Shown here piece after piece: positions 48,514-57,720 of a stretch of 64,000 nt of DNA; position 1 is the first letter of the stretch, and every line of letters starts with the position of its first letter. Source of the DNA: an uncultured Chloroflexia bacterium. GTDB lineage: Bacteria; Chloroflexota; Anaerolineae; Anaerolineales; UBA11858. Made by a program: the position numbers and the translations under genes. Location of the stretch: positions 43,103 to 107,102 of the forward strand of contig CAWGOD010000016.1 of NCBI GenBank assembly GCA_963824175.1, written 5' to 3'. A model generated the notes under the pieces. It was not told the DNA's origin. It saw nothing but the letters and a program-made list of their open reading frames with translations, and ran no database searches.

Positions 48514-49938
48514 ATGTATCCTGAAAAACAAACCGAACTGATCAAACTATTGGATGGCTCTGTTGAGTTAAATAATGGTGAGATAACTATCATTGACGAC
48601 AGCAAACTGCGTGGAAGCATAGAGAAACTGGTTAAAAAAGCCGTCTTGAGCGAAGATGAAGTAGAAAAATACCTTGCCCGCTACTTGGTCCGCCTTGTCG
48701 CGGCTGAGGCTGGCGTGCATCCAAACTCGATCCATGATCTATATATGGCCCGTGGCCGAGGCGATGTGCCAAATATTTTCACAGTGCCTGCCATTAACCT
48801 GCGCGGATTGACTTTTTATGCCGCTAAGATCATCTTTACTATAGCCAAAGAAATCAAAGCCGGTGCATTCATTTTTGAAATTGCCCGCTCCGAGTCTGGC
48901 TATACTGACCAGCGCCCCTCCGAGTATGCTGCCAATGTACTAGGTGCTGCCATTGCCGCTGGATACAACGGACCTGTTTTCATCCAGGGAGATCACTACC
49001 AGATTTCTGCCGGTCGATATAATGAAAACCCGGAACCTGAAATGAAAGTCCTTAAAGACCTTTGTGACGAAGCTATTAAAGCTGGTTTCTATAATATCGA
49101 TGTGGATGCCTCCACCCTGGTGGATCTGAGTGTGGAAGATGTTGTTGAACAGCAGGTACTGAACTCAAAGCTGACAGCTTTCTTCACTGACCATATCCGC
49201 AAGTTGGAACCTGAAGGAATCACTGTTTCTATCGGCGGCGAGATTGGCGAGGTTGGAGAAGAGAACTCAACTGAAGAAGAACTTCGAGCATACCTGGACA
49301 GCTTAAAGATCGATCTTGAGAAAATCGCACCCGATATTATTGGACTGAGCAAGATCAGCGTGTTAACCGGAACTTCCCACGGAGGCGTGGTTCTGCCAGA
49401 TGGCAGCATTAAAGAAGTCGCCGTAGATTTCGATCTACTTCAGCATCTTGGAAAAATAGCTCGGGAGAGTTTTGGCATCGGCGGCGCGGTCCAGCACGGA
49501 GCCTCTACACTTCCGGAATCTGCTTTCAGCAAATTCCCTGAATACGAAACCCTTGAAGTCCACCTGGCGACTAATTTCCAGAACATACTTTATGATGAAC
49601 TCCCTGAAGATTTGCGCGCTGAAATTTATGCCTGGTTGGATAAGAACAACGCCCACGAACGCAAAGAGGGACAAACAGACGAGCAGTTCTACTACAAAAC
49701 ACGAAAACGAGCTCTGGGTGAATTCAAACAGAAAATCTGGGGAATCACTCCAGAACAGCTGGAAAAAATCACAAATGCCTGGGACAAACAGTTCCGGGAT
49801 CTATTCGAGCGGCTCGGAATAGCAGATACTCGCCAATATGTAGATAAATTCATCAAAGAAGTCAAAGTTGAAGCCAAACTTGAGGATTACCTGTTGGGTA
49901 GCACAAAACAGGAAGATACCTCCGATCTGGCAGACTAA
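48514..49938 (+). CDS. Class II (metal-dependent) fructose/tagatose-bisphosphate aldolase family protein, long form
   Basis: 474 aa with FTVPAINLRG, FIQGDHYQ, NIDVDAS, GGEIGEVGE, LTGTSHGG and GAVQHGAST, corresponding to conserved class II aldolase segments. Confidence 0.8.
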   Translation: MYPEKQTELIKLLDGSVELNNGEITIIDDSKLRGSIEKLVKKAVLSEDEVEKYLARYLVRLVAAEAGVHPNSIHDLYMARGRGDVPNIFTVPAINLRGLTFYAAKIIFTIAKEIKAGAFIFEIARSESGYTDQRPSEYAANVLGAAIAAGYNGPVFIQGDHYQISAGRYNENPEPEMKVLKDLCDEAIKAGFYNIDVDASTLVDLSVEDVVEQQVLNSKLTAFFTDHIRKLEPEGITVSIGGEIGEVGEENSTEEELRAYLDSLKIDLEKIAPDIIGLSKISVLTGTSHGGVVLPDGSIKEVAVDFDLLQHLGKIARESFGIGGAVQHGASTLPESAFSKFPEYETLEVHLATNFQNILYDELPEDLRAEIYAWLDKNNAHERKEGQTDEQFYYKTRKRALGEFKQKIWGITPEQLEKITNAWDKQFRDLFERLGIADTRQYVDKFIKEVKVEAKLEDYLLGSTKQEDTSDLAD

Positions 49939-49939
49939 T

Positions 49940-50443
49940 ATGCCCGTATCTGATCAGGGTTTAAGCAACGATCGATACCAACTGATTCCCCGCACGCTGA
50001 TATTTCTCACGCGTGGGGAATCAGTTTTGCTATTAAAGGGTGCTCCTCACAAACGCATCTGGGCCAACCGCTACAACGGTGTAGGAGGCCATATCGAACG
50101 GGAAGAAGATGTCCATTCCGCTGCCATGCGGGAACTGCTGGAGGAAACCGGTTTGATCCCGGATGATCTCTGGTTGGTTGGCACTGTGATGGTTGATACT
50201 GGGGAAGATACAGGCATTGGCCTATATGTCATGAAAGGGAGCTGCGCAAAAGGTGAAGCTGAACCTTCTGAAGAAGGTGATCTCGAATGGGTTCCATTCA
50301 ATGAGATCCTGGAAAAACCTCTGGTAGAGGATCTTCCCGTGTTATTGCCACGCGTCCTCAATCAAAAGGTGTCAGATCCTCCTTTCGCTGCCCGTTATTA
50401 TTATGATGAGGGGGAAAATCTGGTCGTGGAATTTAGTTCTTAG
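49940..50443 (+). CDS. NUDIX hydrolase
   Basis: Nudix box GGHIEREEDVHSAAMRELLEETGL. The ATG at 49940 lies 1 nt after the aldolase stop (the track ORF starts earlier in the same frame). Confidence 0.85.
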   Translation: MPVSDQGLSNDRYQLIPRTLIFLTRGESVLLLKGAPHKRIWANRYNGVGGHIEREEDVHSAAMRELLEETGLIPDDLWLVGTVMVDTGEDTGIGLYVMKGSCAKGEAEPSEEGDLEWVPFNEILEKPLVEDLPVLLPRVLNQKVSDPPFAARYYYDEGENLVVEFSS

Positions 50444-50454
50444 ATTTAATTTAC

Positions 50455-50538
50455 AGGATGCGGGATCCTAATTTATCAATTACCCAAAATCGGAAACAAG
50501 ATGATAACAATCTAATCTCAAAAGGATTCCCGCATCCT
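50455..50538. repeat. Second locus of the GGATGCGGG palindrome: arms AGGATGCGGGATCC (50455-50468) and GGATTCCCGCATCCT (50524-50538) separated by about 55 nt
   Basis: The arms are reverse complements (11 perfect bp plus 3 with a bulge) and are followed by TTTTTT. They lie between the convergent NUDIX and rsmD ends. Confidence 0.6.
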
Positions 50539-50541
50539 TTT

Positions 50542-51114
50542 TTATACTACCCCCTCTTTCAACATATAAAATAACAGTTCTGTACTGCCGTAGGTCTTGC
50601 GTCTAAAAAGCTCCAAGTTATCCAGGGGCTGGTCCTTGTATTCCACCTTGTCGATCTGGACAATGACCCAACTATCCTCCAGGAGCCAGCTGGGATTCTG
50701 GTCAAGGGCCAAAAGGGCTCTGGACCAGATATCTTTGAACTGCGGTGGCGCGATAAACACAAAATCAAATTGACGGTCGGCCAGTTCACCCAGGACTGAA
50801 AAGGTGTTTTTGCGCCACACTTCTCCCCATTCTGATAAGGCCGTATGTTCCAGGTTGGCATGGATGGTTTTGACAGCCTGGTTCGAGTTTTCAACAAAAC
50901 GGGCTATGGCTGCCCCTCTACTGAGGGCCTCGATGCCTACACTTCCTGTACCGGCAAACAGATCCAGCCAGCTGGAGTCCAGCACATAAGGGGAAACAAT
51001 GTTAAACAAGGCCGCCTTGACCATCGCCATAATCGGCCTCGTCCCACTGCCGGGAACTGATTGCAGCTTGAAACCTTTAACTTTTCCACCAATTACTGAC
51101 AAATTACCCATCAA
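50542..51114 (-). CDS. rsmD: 16S rRNA (guanine966-N2)-methyltransferase RsmD
   Basis: 190 aa with TRPIMAMVKAALFNIV, LDLFAGTGSVGIEALSRGA and FIAPP. Confidence 0.85.
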   Translation of the reverse strand: MMGNLSVIGGKVKGFKLQSVPGSGTRPIMAMVKAALFNIVSPYVLDSSWLDLFAGTGSVGIEALSRGAAIARFVENSNQAVKTIHANLEHTALSEWGEVWRKNTFSVLGELADRQFDFVFIAPPQFKDIWSRALLALDQNPSWLLEDSWVIVQIDKVEYKDQPLDNLELFRRKTYGSTELLFYMLKEGVV

Positions 51115-52320
51115 CTAATCGCCTTTCTTTTTCTCATCTTCGGGAAAACAATCTTGAATAGCCTTCTCCAGTAATTCCAATTCTGAACTCTGGTCAGCAA
51201 TATATTCATCAATGAAAGCGGATTTCCGTAAGCGTAAGGCCATGGGTGCAACCACCTTCAAGTCTTCCATGGTCACTTTATCCCTGGAATCTGCAGCTGC
51301 ATGGGCCCGGGCCGCTTCAAATAAAGTGATCTCCGCCCGAAGGGAATCCAGTTCCAAGTTGCCAATCAATTCCAATCCGGTTTGGGCTATTTCATCCGGC
51401 AGATCAACCTCAGGCATCTTTTCTCGGCTGGCCTGGATCTCTTCTTTGAACAATCGAGTGGAGGGAGCATACTGAGCCGCAAAGGCCCTGCTGTTCTCTT
51501 TATATGCCCGCGTTCGCCTGTAGGCTTCCATGCGATCTTCTTTATCCATCAATCCTTTTACAACAACTCGTAAACCAAAACGGTCCATGATCTGGGACCT
51601 CAGGTTGCCCTCTTCAGGATTCATAGATCCAATTAGCGTGAAGTTAGATCGATAAGTAGCGGACATTCCTCCCCTGCGCACAGTATACTGACCTTGGGCT
51701 GCAGCATCAAGGATAGCATCCACAATCTGGTCATTCAGCAGGTTGACTTCATCCACATAGAGCAAATTGCGGTCCGCCCGGGATAGAATTCCCCTCTTCA
51801 GCAACATGCGGGAGTTTGCCTTAGCTCTGGGATCTAAACCACCTACAACATCTTCCAGGGTGGCATTGAGCGGCAGCTCTACCAGTCGGACTTTCTCCAA
51901 TTTTGAAAGGGGGTCTCCCTGGCCATACTTCTTAGCACAGTCCGGACAGACAGCATCAATCCCTCCGGTTTCCACATCTTCCTCCAGACAGCCATAATAA
52001 CACAGGCTGCGGCGAATTTCCGGTAAAAGATCCACCAGACCGCGCACAGCGGTGGATTTACCTGTCCCGCGAGGTCCGACCAGTAAAACTCCTCCCAAAT
52101 TCGGGTTCAGGAGGGACAAAAGCAATGATAATTTCATCTGGTTTTGTCCTACCAAAGCCAGGAACGGGAATGGCATACTTTCCGCCAGTCCTGCGTCCTC
52201 TTGATCATGATCTACAAATGCCCTGACACCGGAAGCCTTTTCCAGCAACTCCTGCAGCGATCCCACTCGGGTGATCAGTTCAGGTTCACTTTGAATTGGT
52301 TTTAGCTCATTTTCATCCAT
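51115..52320 (-). CDS. ChlI/BchI-like AAA+ ATPase (magnesium-chelatase subunit I family)
   Basis: 401 aa with FPFLALVGQNQMKLSLLL, Walker A GPRGTGKST, Walker B LLYVDEVNLL and RFGL. It abuts the rsmD start with no gap. Confidence 0.85.
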   Translation of the reverse strand: MDENELKPIQSEPELITRVGSLQELLEKASGVRAFVDHDQEDAGLAESMPFPFLALVGQNQMKLSLLLSLLNPNLGGVLLVGPRGTGKSTAVRGLVDLLPEIRRSLCYYGCLEEDVETGGIDAVCPDCAKKYGQGDPLSKLEKVRLVELPLNATLEDVVGGLDPRAKANSRMLLKRGILSRADRNLLYVDEVNLLNDQIVDAILDAAAQGQYTVRRGGMSATYRSNFTLIGSMNPEEGNLRSQIMDRFGLRVVVKGLMDKEDRMEAYRRTRAYKENSRAFAAQYAPSTRLFKEEIQASREKMPEVDLPDEIAQTGLELIGNLELDSLRAEITLFEAARAHAAADSRDKVTMEDLKVVAPMALRLRKSAFIDEYIADQSSELELLEKAIQDCFPEDEKKKGD

Positions 52321-52447
52321 AATGGATCCTCTTTTGGTTCTTATCTGACTCCATTATACTCAAACTAGAGGCCAGACTTGCAAAGAAATCCACAATAACC
52401 TAGCATATGGACAGGATCATCGATCAATTCCAAGATCAGGAGGGATT

Positions 52448-53233
52448 ATGATTGGCGCTGTTGCCGGAGATATCATAGGCTCAATATACGAACGTAACCC
52501 TATCAAAACAGAGGATTTTCCTCTTTTCCACACGACCTCGCGTTTCACAGACGATTCAGTCATGTCCCTGGCAGTGGCCCAGGCAATTTTGGGTAACAAA
52601 AATTACGGAAGGGAAATGAAAATCCTGGGGCAGGCGTTCCCGAATGCGGGTTACGGGGGAAATTTTCAGAAATGGATCTTTGAATCAAAAATAGTGCCTT
52701 ACAACAGTTGGGGAAATGGATCTGCCATGCGGGTCGGTCCGGTGGGTTTTGCATTTGACACTGTAGAAGATGTGCTCCGGGAGGCCAGAGCCAGCGCAGA
52801 GGTATCTCATGATCATCCCGAAGGTATCAAGGGCGCTCAAGCAGTAGCCCTGGCAATCTTGATGGCCCGACAGGGAGCCTCTAAAGATGAGATTCGAACC
52901 AACCTTACAGCTTCCTTTTTCTACGATCTGGACCGCACAATAGAAGAGATCAGACCTGATTATCTATTTGATGTTTCCTGCATGGGTTCAGTTCCAGAAG
53001 CGATCATCGCTTTCCTGGATTCAACCGATTATGAAAGCGCAGTTCGCAAGGCTATCTCCCTGGGAGGTGATACAGATACACAGGCTTGCATAGCTGGCGT
53101 ATTAGCCGAGGCGTACTACAAATCCATCCCCTCCACCATCATCGCGGAAGTGAAAAGAATACTTCCCGGGATCCTATGGGAAATATTGGAGAGTTTTGAA
53201 AAAGTTTATCCTTGCTGTGAATTGGGTGAATAA
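52448..53233 (+). CDS. ADP-ribosylglycohydrolase family protein
   Basis: 261 aa with GAVAGDIIGSIYE, WGNGSAMRVGP and GGDTDTQACIAG. Confidence 0.85.
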   Translation: MIGAVAGDIIGSIYERNPIKTEDFPLFHTTSRFTDDSVMSLAVAQAILGNKNYGREMKILGQAFPNAGYGGNFQKWIFESKIVPYNSWGNGSAMRVGPVGFAFDTVEDVLREARASAEVSHDHPEGIKGAQAVALAILMARQGASKDEIRTNLTASFFYDLDRTIEEIRPDYLFDVSCMGSVPEAIIAFLDSTDYESAVRKAISLGGDTDTQACIAGVLAEAYYKSIPSTIIAEVKRILPGILWEILESFEKVYPCCELGE

Positions 53234-53244
53234 TGCAGGTACGA

Positions 53245-53707
53245 TCAATCCACGTCGTTATAGGTCCAGACCCGGTTGATAAAGAAGTTCCAGAACATCA
53301 CTACCACAACCGCAACGCCCAGCGCGAATGTATAACCCATACGATCTGCGGTGAGTATTCCTATGGGTATGAAGGAAAATCCTTCAAATAGTTTCCGGAA
53401 GGGTTCTTCCAGGGTAGTAAAAATCGGGGTCCGGACAGCCAATCCGACCAAGATTAACCAGGAAAAAAGTCACCAGCTGATGGGAGATGGGTTTGGAGCG
53501 GGAATCCGGGTAGGTCCAGAGTCTATTCCAGATGAAATTACTAATGATAGCCAGGGTGAATGAGACAGCCTGGGCCCATTCAGCTCTCAATCCCAAAAGG
53601 CTCATGAGCAGGTGAAAGGAACCAAAGTCCACAAGCGCACCAAACGATCCCACAACTGCAAATTTTAAAAATCTCTCTCGTTCTTTAGGTTCTGTGATCA
53701 AATTCAT
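53245..53707 (-). CDS. GtrA-family membrane protein, frame-disrupted near 53450
   Basis: MNLITEPKERERFLKFAVVGSFGALVDFG...FIWNRLWTYPD... joins ...GLAVRTPIF...FFINRVWTYNDVD*. Length is 3n+1. The start lies 4 nt after the upstream stop. Confidence 0.75.
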
Positions 53708-53711
53708 AGGC

Positions 53712-54669
53712 TTATAGATTTTCCTGGAAATATGGGAAGGAGCGCGATAGGCCTTCTTCCAAATCGATCGTGGGATTCCAATCCAATACTTCCTGGGCTC
53801 GAGTGATATCTGGACGTCTTCTTTCTGGATCCCCTTCTCCTCTTCTATCAGGATGGTAAACGACATCCAGAGGATTATCCACCAGGCGATTAATGGTCTC
53901 AGCCAAAGTCAGAATGGTCATTTCTGTTGGGTTGCCAATATTTACCGGCATATGTTCATCCGATAATAAGAGGCGGTAGATCCCTTCGATCAAATCATCC
54001 ACATAGCAGAAACTGCGAGTCTGGGAACCGTCCCCAAAAATAGTCAATGGTTGTCCACTGAGTGCTTGCTTTAGGAAATTGGGTATTGCCCTGCCATCGT
54101 CCAACCGCATTCGGGGTCCATAAGTATTAAAAATACGCACAATCTTGGTATCGATCCCATGAAAACGATGATAAGCCATGGTTAACGCTTCCGCAAAACG
54201 TTTGGCTTCATCATAAACAGACCGCTCACCAATTGGATTCACATGGCCCCAGTAAGATTTCTGGCTGGGGATGGACCTGGGGATCACCATAAATTTCGCT
54301 GGTGGAAGCCAATAGAAATCTGGCATCATAAGCCCGGGCAACGCCCAATGAGTTTAATGTTCCTAATCCGCCGGCTTTCATGGTCTGGATAGGTAAATTG
54401 ACATATCCATATGGAGAATTTGGATTGGGAGATGCTGGGGAAGCAAAATGCATAACTGCATCCAGATTGGAATCAGGCACATCAATGAAAATTGAAACAT
54501 CATGCTCAATAAAAGTAAAATTATCATTATCCGCCAGGTGGGCCAAATTTTCGGGGCGTCCAGTGATGAAATTATCCATCCCAATCACCTTGTGGCCTTC
54601 TGAAAGTAATCGATCACAAAGATGTGATCCTAAAAATCCTGCCGCGCCTGTTATTAATACATTCATCAA
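53712..54669 (-). CDS. UDP-glucuronate decarboxylase (UDP-xylose synthase)-type SDR, frame-disrupted near 54260
   Basis: [12 protein letters not shown]...[16 protein letters not shown] joins [20 protein letters not shown]... if one A of GAAATC is removed. Length is 3n+1. Confidence 0.88.
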
Positions 54670-54679
54670 AACTCCTCAA

Positions 54680-56290
54680 TTACCAATCCAGAGCCCCTAC
54701 ACGACCATCACCAGTGACCTGCCAAGCGTCTCCTGTTTCAGGGTCCAGGATCCAGATATTGCCTTCGTAAATGACTGCCAGAGGGTATGTCCCACTAGCT
54801 TGTGCTGTTATAGGTGACCAGGCACCCCATCCTCGGGATGGCTGCAAACCAGGGCTGTCCGACGCAGGGAAAATCAGGCGTTGATTGGATCCATCCCGAT
54901 CCATCATACTAACCCGGTAATTACTAGTTGCACTCTGCTCTGGAAAAATAGCTTGCAGATAAGCAACCTGGTACGAGGCTTCTCCAGTAGCTTTGGCTGT
55001 TATCGGGGAAGGTAGCGGGTATGCGAACATACCAACGTCATATACCAACGTTTGCACACCACCACCTGTTAGCGGGATGGCCACCAGGTCAAATACAGGG
55101 GATTCCTCGTCAGCTTGAGAACCATTTTGGGAAGCATGATCGACCGAAAAGATCACATTACCAAGCGGACCCATTCCAATTCCCGGCATCCAGGCCCAAT
55201 CTCCCTGGGTTTTAAAAGGAATAAGTTCCAGGAAAACCTGCTTTTCAGCTTCCTCATAAGGAATGATGCCAATTTGATCCGGGCTGGCATATGCTACAAA
55301 ATCACCTCCGGGAGAGAACTGGAAATCTGTTCCCCACCAGCCATAGACACCGCCATAATTAGTTTCCTGCAATGTATTCACTCGCTGCGTCCAACCATTT
55401 TCACTAAATACTTTTATTATCAGGTCATTATTTGCCTGCCATCCCGGCGCAGACAAGCGCGGTTCCACTGAAGAGAAAGCAAATTTGGGTTCAATATCTG
55501 GTACCCAGCCAGCATAATGGATCACATTCAGTGTATCCAACCCGATCAACAAATCTTCGGGATCATCAAGAGACACTACCCAGAGGGAATTAATGACCTC
55601 TTCATCTTCTTCCGCCCGGGTGAATAATAACCACTCACCATCCTCAGAAAGTGAAAACACCCTGCCGTCCAGGTCCCCTGTAGCTACAAGCAAGTAGCGG
55701 TTAGCTGTCGACTGATCCATAACCCAGGCATTACCGTTGGATATATAGACCAGCGGACTTGGCAAACTAATTGGCGCGATGGAAGATTGAACGCCGACCA
55801 GGATGATTTCATTGACAGTTTCTTCCAGATCTAGGCTGCTGATTTCACTGAAAGAGATCTCCTCGCCATTTTCAAAAACACGCACAGAGATGATCTCTCG
55901 TAGCCCGTTTTTCCCTGCCTGAAGCAGCTTTTCCTGCCCAGCAGGTAAGTTTTCCGTTGGCTGGCGGATGACCTCAAAAGGTATTACGATCTGTTCAGTT
56001 TCGATATTTTCTTCCACCCTGATGACATGGATATCAGCGTCCTCTGTCAAGGTGATCACCACAGCCGGTTCAGAGCGATCTTTTCCTGTCAGGGAGATCC
56101 CAGCTAAGTCCAACGTATCCCCTACTGTTGTGCCAGCAGGAACCTGAATGGACTCTTGCTGTCCATCGACATTGATCTGGATCTGGATCTCTTCCTGTAC
56201 AGATGGTTGAGAGATTGTGGAACAACCAGAACCTATCAAAACCAGGATACAGGCAATAAGGACGATCTTGTAAAAATGGTATAATCTCAT
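54680..56290 (-). CDS. Lipoprotein with N-terminal G5 domain and C-terminal TolB-like beta-propeller region
   Basis: 536 aa with lipobox LIGSGC and a G5-like segment (IVIPFEVIRQPTENLPAGQEKLLQAGKNGLREIISVRVFENGEE). The remainder is W/G/D-rich repeats. Confidence 0.65.
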   Translation of the reverse strand: MRLYHFYKIVLIACILVLIGSGCSTISQPSVQEEIQIQINVDGQQESIQVPAGTTVGDTLDLAGISLTGKDRSEPAVVITLTEDADIHVIRVEENIETEQIVIPFEVIRQPTENLPAGQEKLLQAGKNGLREIISVRVFENGEEISFSEISSLDLEETVNEIILVGVQSSIAPISLPSPLVYISNGNAWVMDQSTANRYLLVATGDLDGRVFSLSEDGEWLLFTRAEEDEEVINSLWVVSLDDPEDLLIGLDTLNVIHYAGWVPDIEPKFAFSSVEPRLSAPGWQANNDLIIKVFSENGWTQRVNTLQETNYGGVYGWWGTDFQFSPGGDFVAYASPDQIGIIPYEEAEKQVFLELIPFKTQGDWAWMPGIGMGPLGNVIFSVDHASQNGSQADEESPVFDLVAIPLTGGGVQTLVYDVGMFAYPLPSPITAKATGEASYQVAYLQAIFPEQSATSNYRVSMMDRDGSNQRLIFPASDSPGLQPSRGWGAWSPITAQASGTYPLAVIYEGNIWILDPETGDAWQVTGDGRVGALDW

Positions 56291-56368
56291 GACAGTTTTT
56301 TGTATATCAAACCCACTAACAAAAGGGCATTTAACCCTCCTGGATAGTCTCTAATTCCAGATTATAGC

Positions 56369-56947
56369 ATGACAGAAGAAAAATACTCAGAGACGAATAA
56401 TAAGCAAGGCCTAAGCCTGAGCGCGCTCGTGGAAGCGATCCTGTTTGTTTCTCCTGAACCTATTTCGGCAGCCCAAATCTCCACCTTGCTGGAGCTCACT
56501 CCCAGGGAGGTAAAAAATGCCCTGGAAGAACTGGAATCGCATTATCAGGGCAGAGGTATTCGTCTGCAGTATCACAAGAAAAAAATCCAAATTACTTCCG
56601 CTCCAGAAGCAGCTCCTATCTTAGAGAGCATGTTGGAACTTGAAACTACCAGCACTCTCAGCCAGGCAGCGTTGGAAACACTATCGATAGTCGCTTATCA
56701 GCAGCCTATCACCCGCCCAATGATCGACTCCATCCGCGGTGTAAACAGCGATGGAGTGTTAAGGACCTTGCTGAACAAAGGACTGATCGATGATGTTGGC
56801 CGTGCAGAAGGCCCTGGTCGTCCAATCCTTTACAGCACAACTACAGAATTCCTAAAACATTTTGGCCTTTCATCCTATGAAGAGCTGCCCCCACTAGATT
56901 TTGAAGAAATCCAGCAAACCACGGGCCCCCAGGTCTTGAAAGGATAA
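56369..56947 (+). CDS. scpB: Segregation and condensation protein B
   Basis: 192 aa with LVEAILFVSPEPISAAQI and ETLSIVAYQQPITRPMIDSIRGVNSDGVLRTLL. Confidence 0.9.
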   Translation: MTEEKYSETNNKQGLSLSALVEAILFVSPEPISAAQISTLLELTPREVKNALEELESHYQGRGIRLQYHKKKIQITSAPEAAPILESMLELETTSTLSQAALETLSIVAYQQPITRPMIDSIRGVNSDGVLRTLLNKGLIDDVGRAEGPGRPILYSTTTEFLKHFGLSSYEELPPLDFEEIQQTTGPQVLKG

Positions 56948-56992
56948 GCCTGGATCCATCAAGCTTTTCACCTGTATTCCCAACCCATCTGT

Positions 56993-57718
56993 ATGGAAAA
57001 TCGCCTCCAAAAAATTCTTGCCCAAGCAGGATATGGATCCCGACGAAGCTGTGAGGTATTGATCAGCGAGGGACGGGTATCCGTGAACGGGAAAACTGCG
57101 TCCCTGGGTGATAAAGCAGATCAAGAACAGGATCAGATCTCAGTTGATGGAGTTCTGGTTACTTCCCCCGAGAAAATTCAGTACATAATGCTGCACAAAC
57201 CAAAGGGAGTCCTGTCCACTGTAAGTGCTCCAGACCAGCGCCCAACAGTTCGTTCCCTGATCGATCAATCCGGTCATCTCTACCCGGTTGGCCGGCTGGA
57301 TCTCAACAGTGAAGGGTTGATCCTGATGACCAATGATGGGGTTCTAACACATCAGTTGACACATCCAAGTTTTGAACACGAGAAAGAATACCGGGTATTA
57401 GTTAATCCCCGACCCAGTGAAGAAGAATTGAATACCTGGCGTAAGGGGATGACACTGGAGGATAGATCCCGCACACAGCCGGCTCAGGTATGGATTGAAC
57501 ATAAAGATCCAGCAGGCACCTGGATGCGGGTTATACTTAAGGAAGGAAAAAAACGTCAACTTCGCAGGATGGCCGAAAGCAGTGGGCTTAGAGTAAAACG
57601 TTTGATCCGGATCAGGATAGGCAATTTGGAATTAGGAGATTTGCTCCCTGGTGAATGGCGAGAACTGACCGGTGAGGAAATCAAACACCTGCAAAGCCTA
57701 ATCATCAAAAAAGGATAA
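56993..57718 (+). CDS. rluB: Pseudouridine synthase, RsuA/RluB family
   Basis: 241 aa with an S4 domain (RLQKILAQAGYGSRRSCEVLISEGRVSVNG) and the catalytic VGRLDLNSEGLILMTNDG. Confidence 0.9.
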   Translation: MENRLQKILAQAGYGSRRSCEVLISEGRVSVNGKTASLGDKADQEQDQISVDGVLVTSPEKIQYIMLHKPKGVLSTVSAPDQRPTVRSLIDQSGHLYPVGRLDLNSEGLILMTNDGVLTHQLTHPSFEHEKEYRVLVNPRPSEEELNTWRKGMTLEDRSRTQPAQVWIEHKDPAGTWMRVILKEGKKRQLRRMAESSGLRVKRLIRIRIGNLELGDLLPGEWRELTGEEIKHLQSLIIKKG

Positions 57719-57720
57719 TT

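Noticed and set aside
51115-52320. Four-cysteine insert (CYYGC...CPDC) in the ChlI-like ATPase; considered a novel zinc-finger insertion.
   Set aside because: My recollection is that Cys-containing inserts occur at the same variable position (between Walker A and the PLGxxED segment) in a subset of BchI/ChlI homologues. I therefore do not regard this one as distinctive without a database check.
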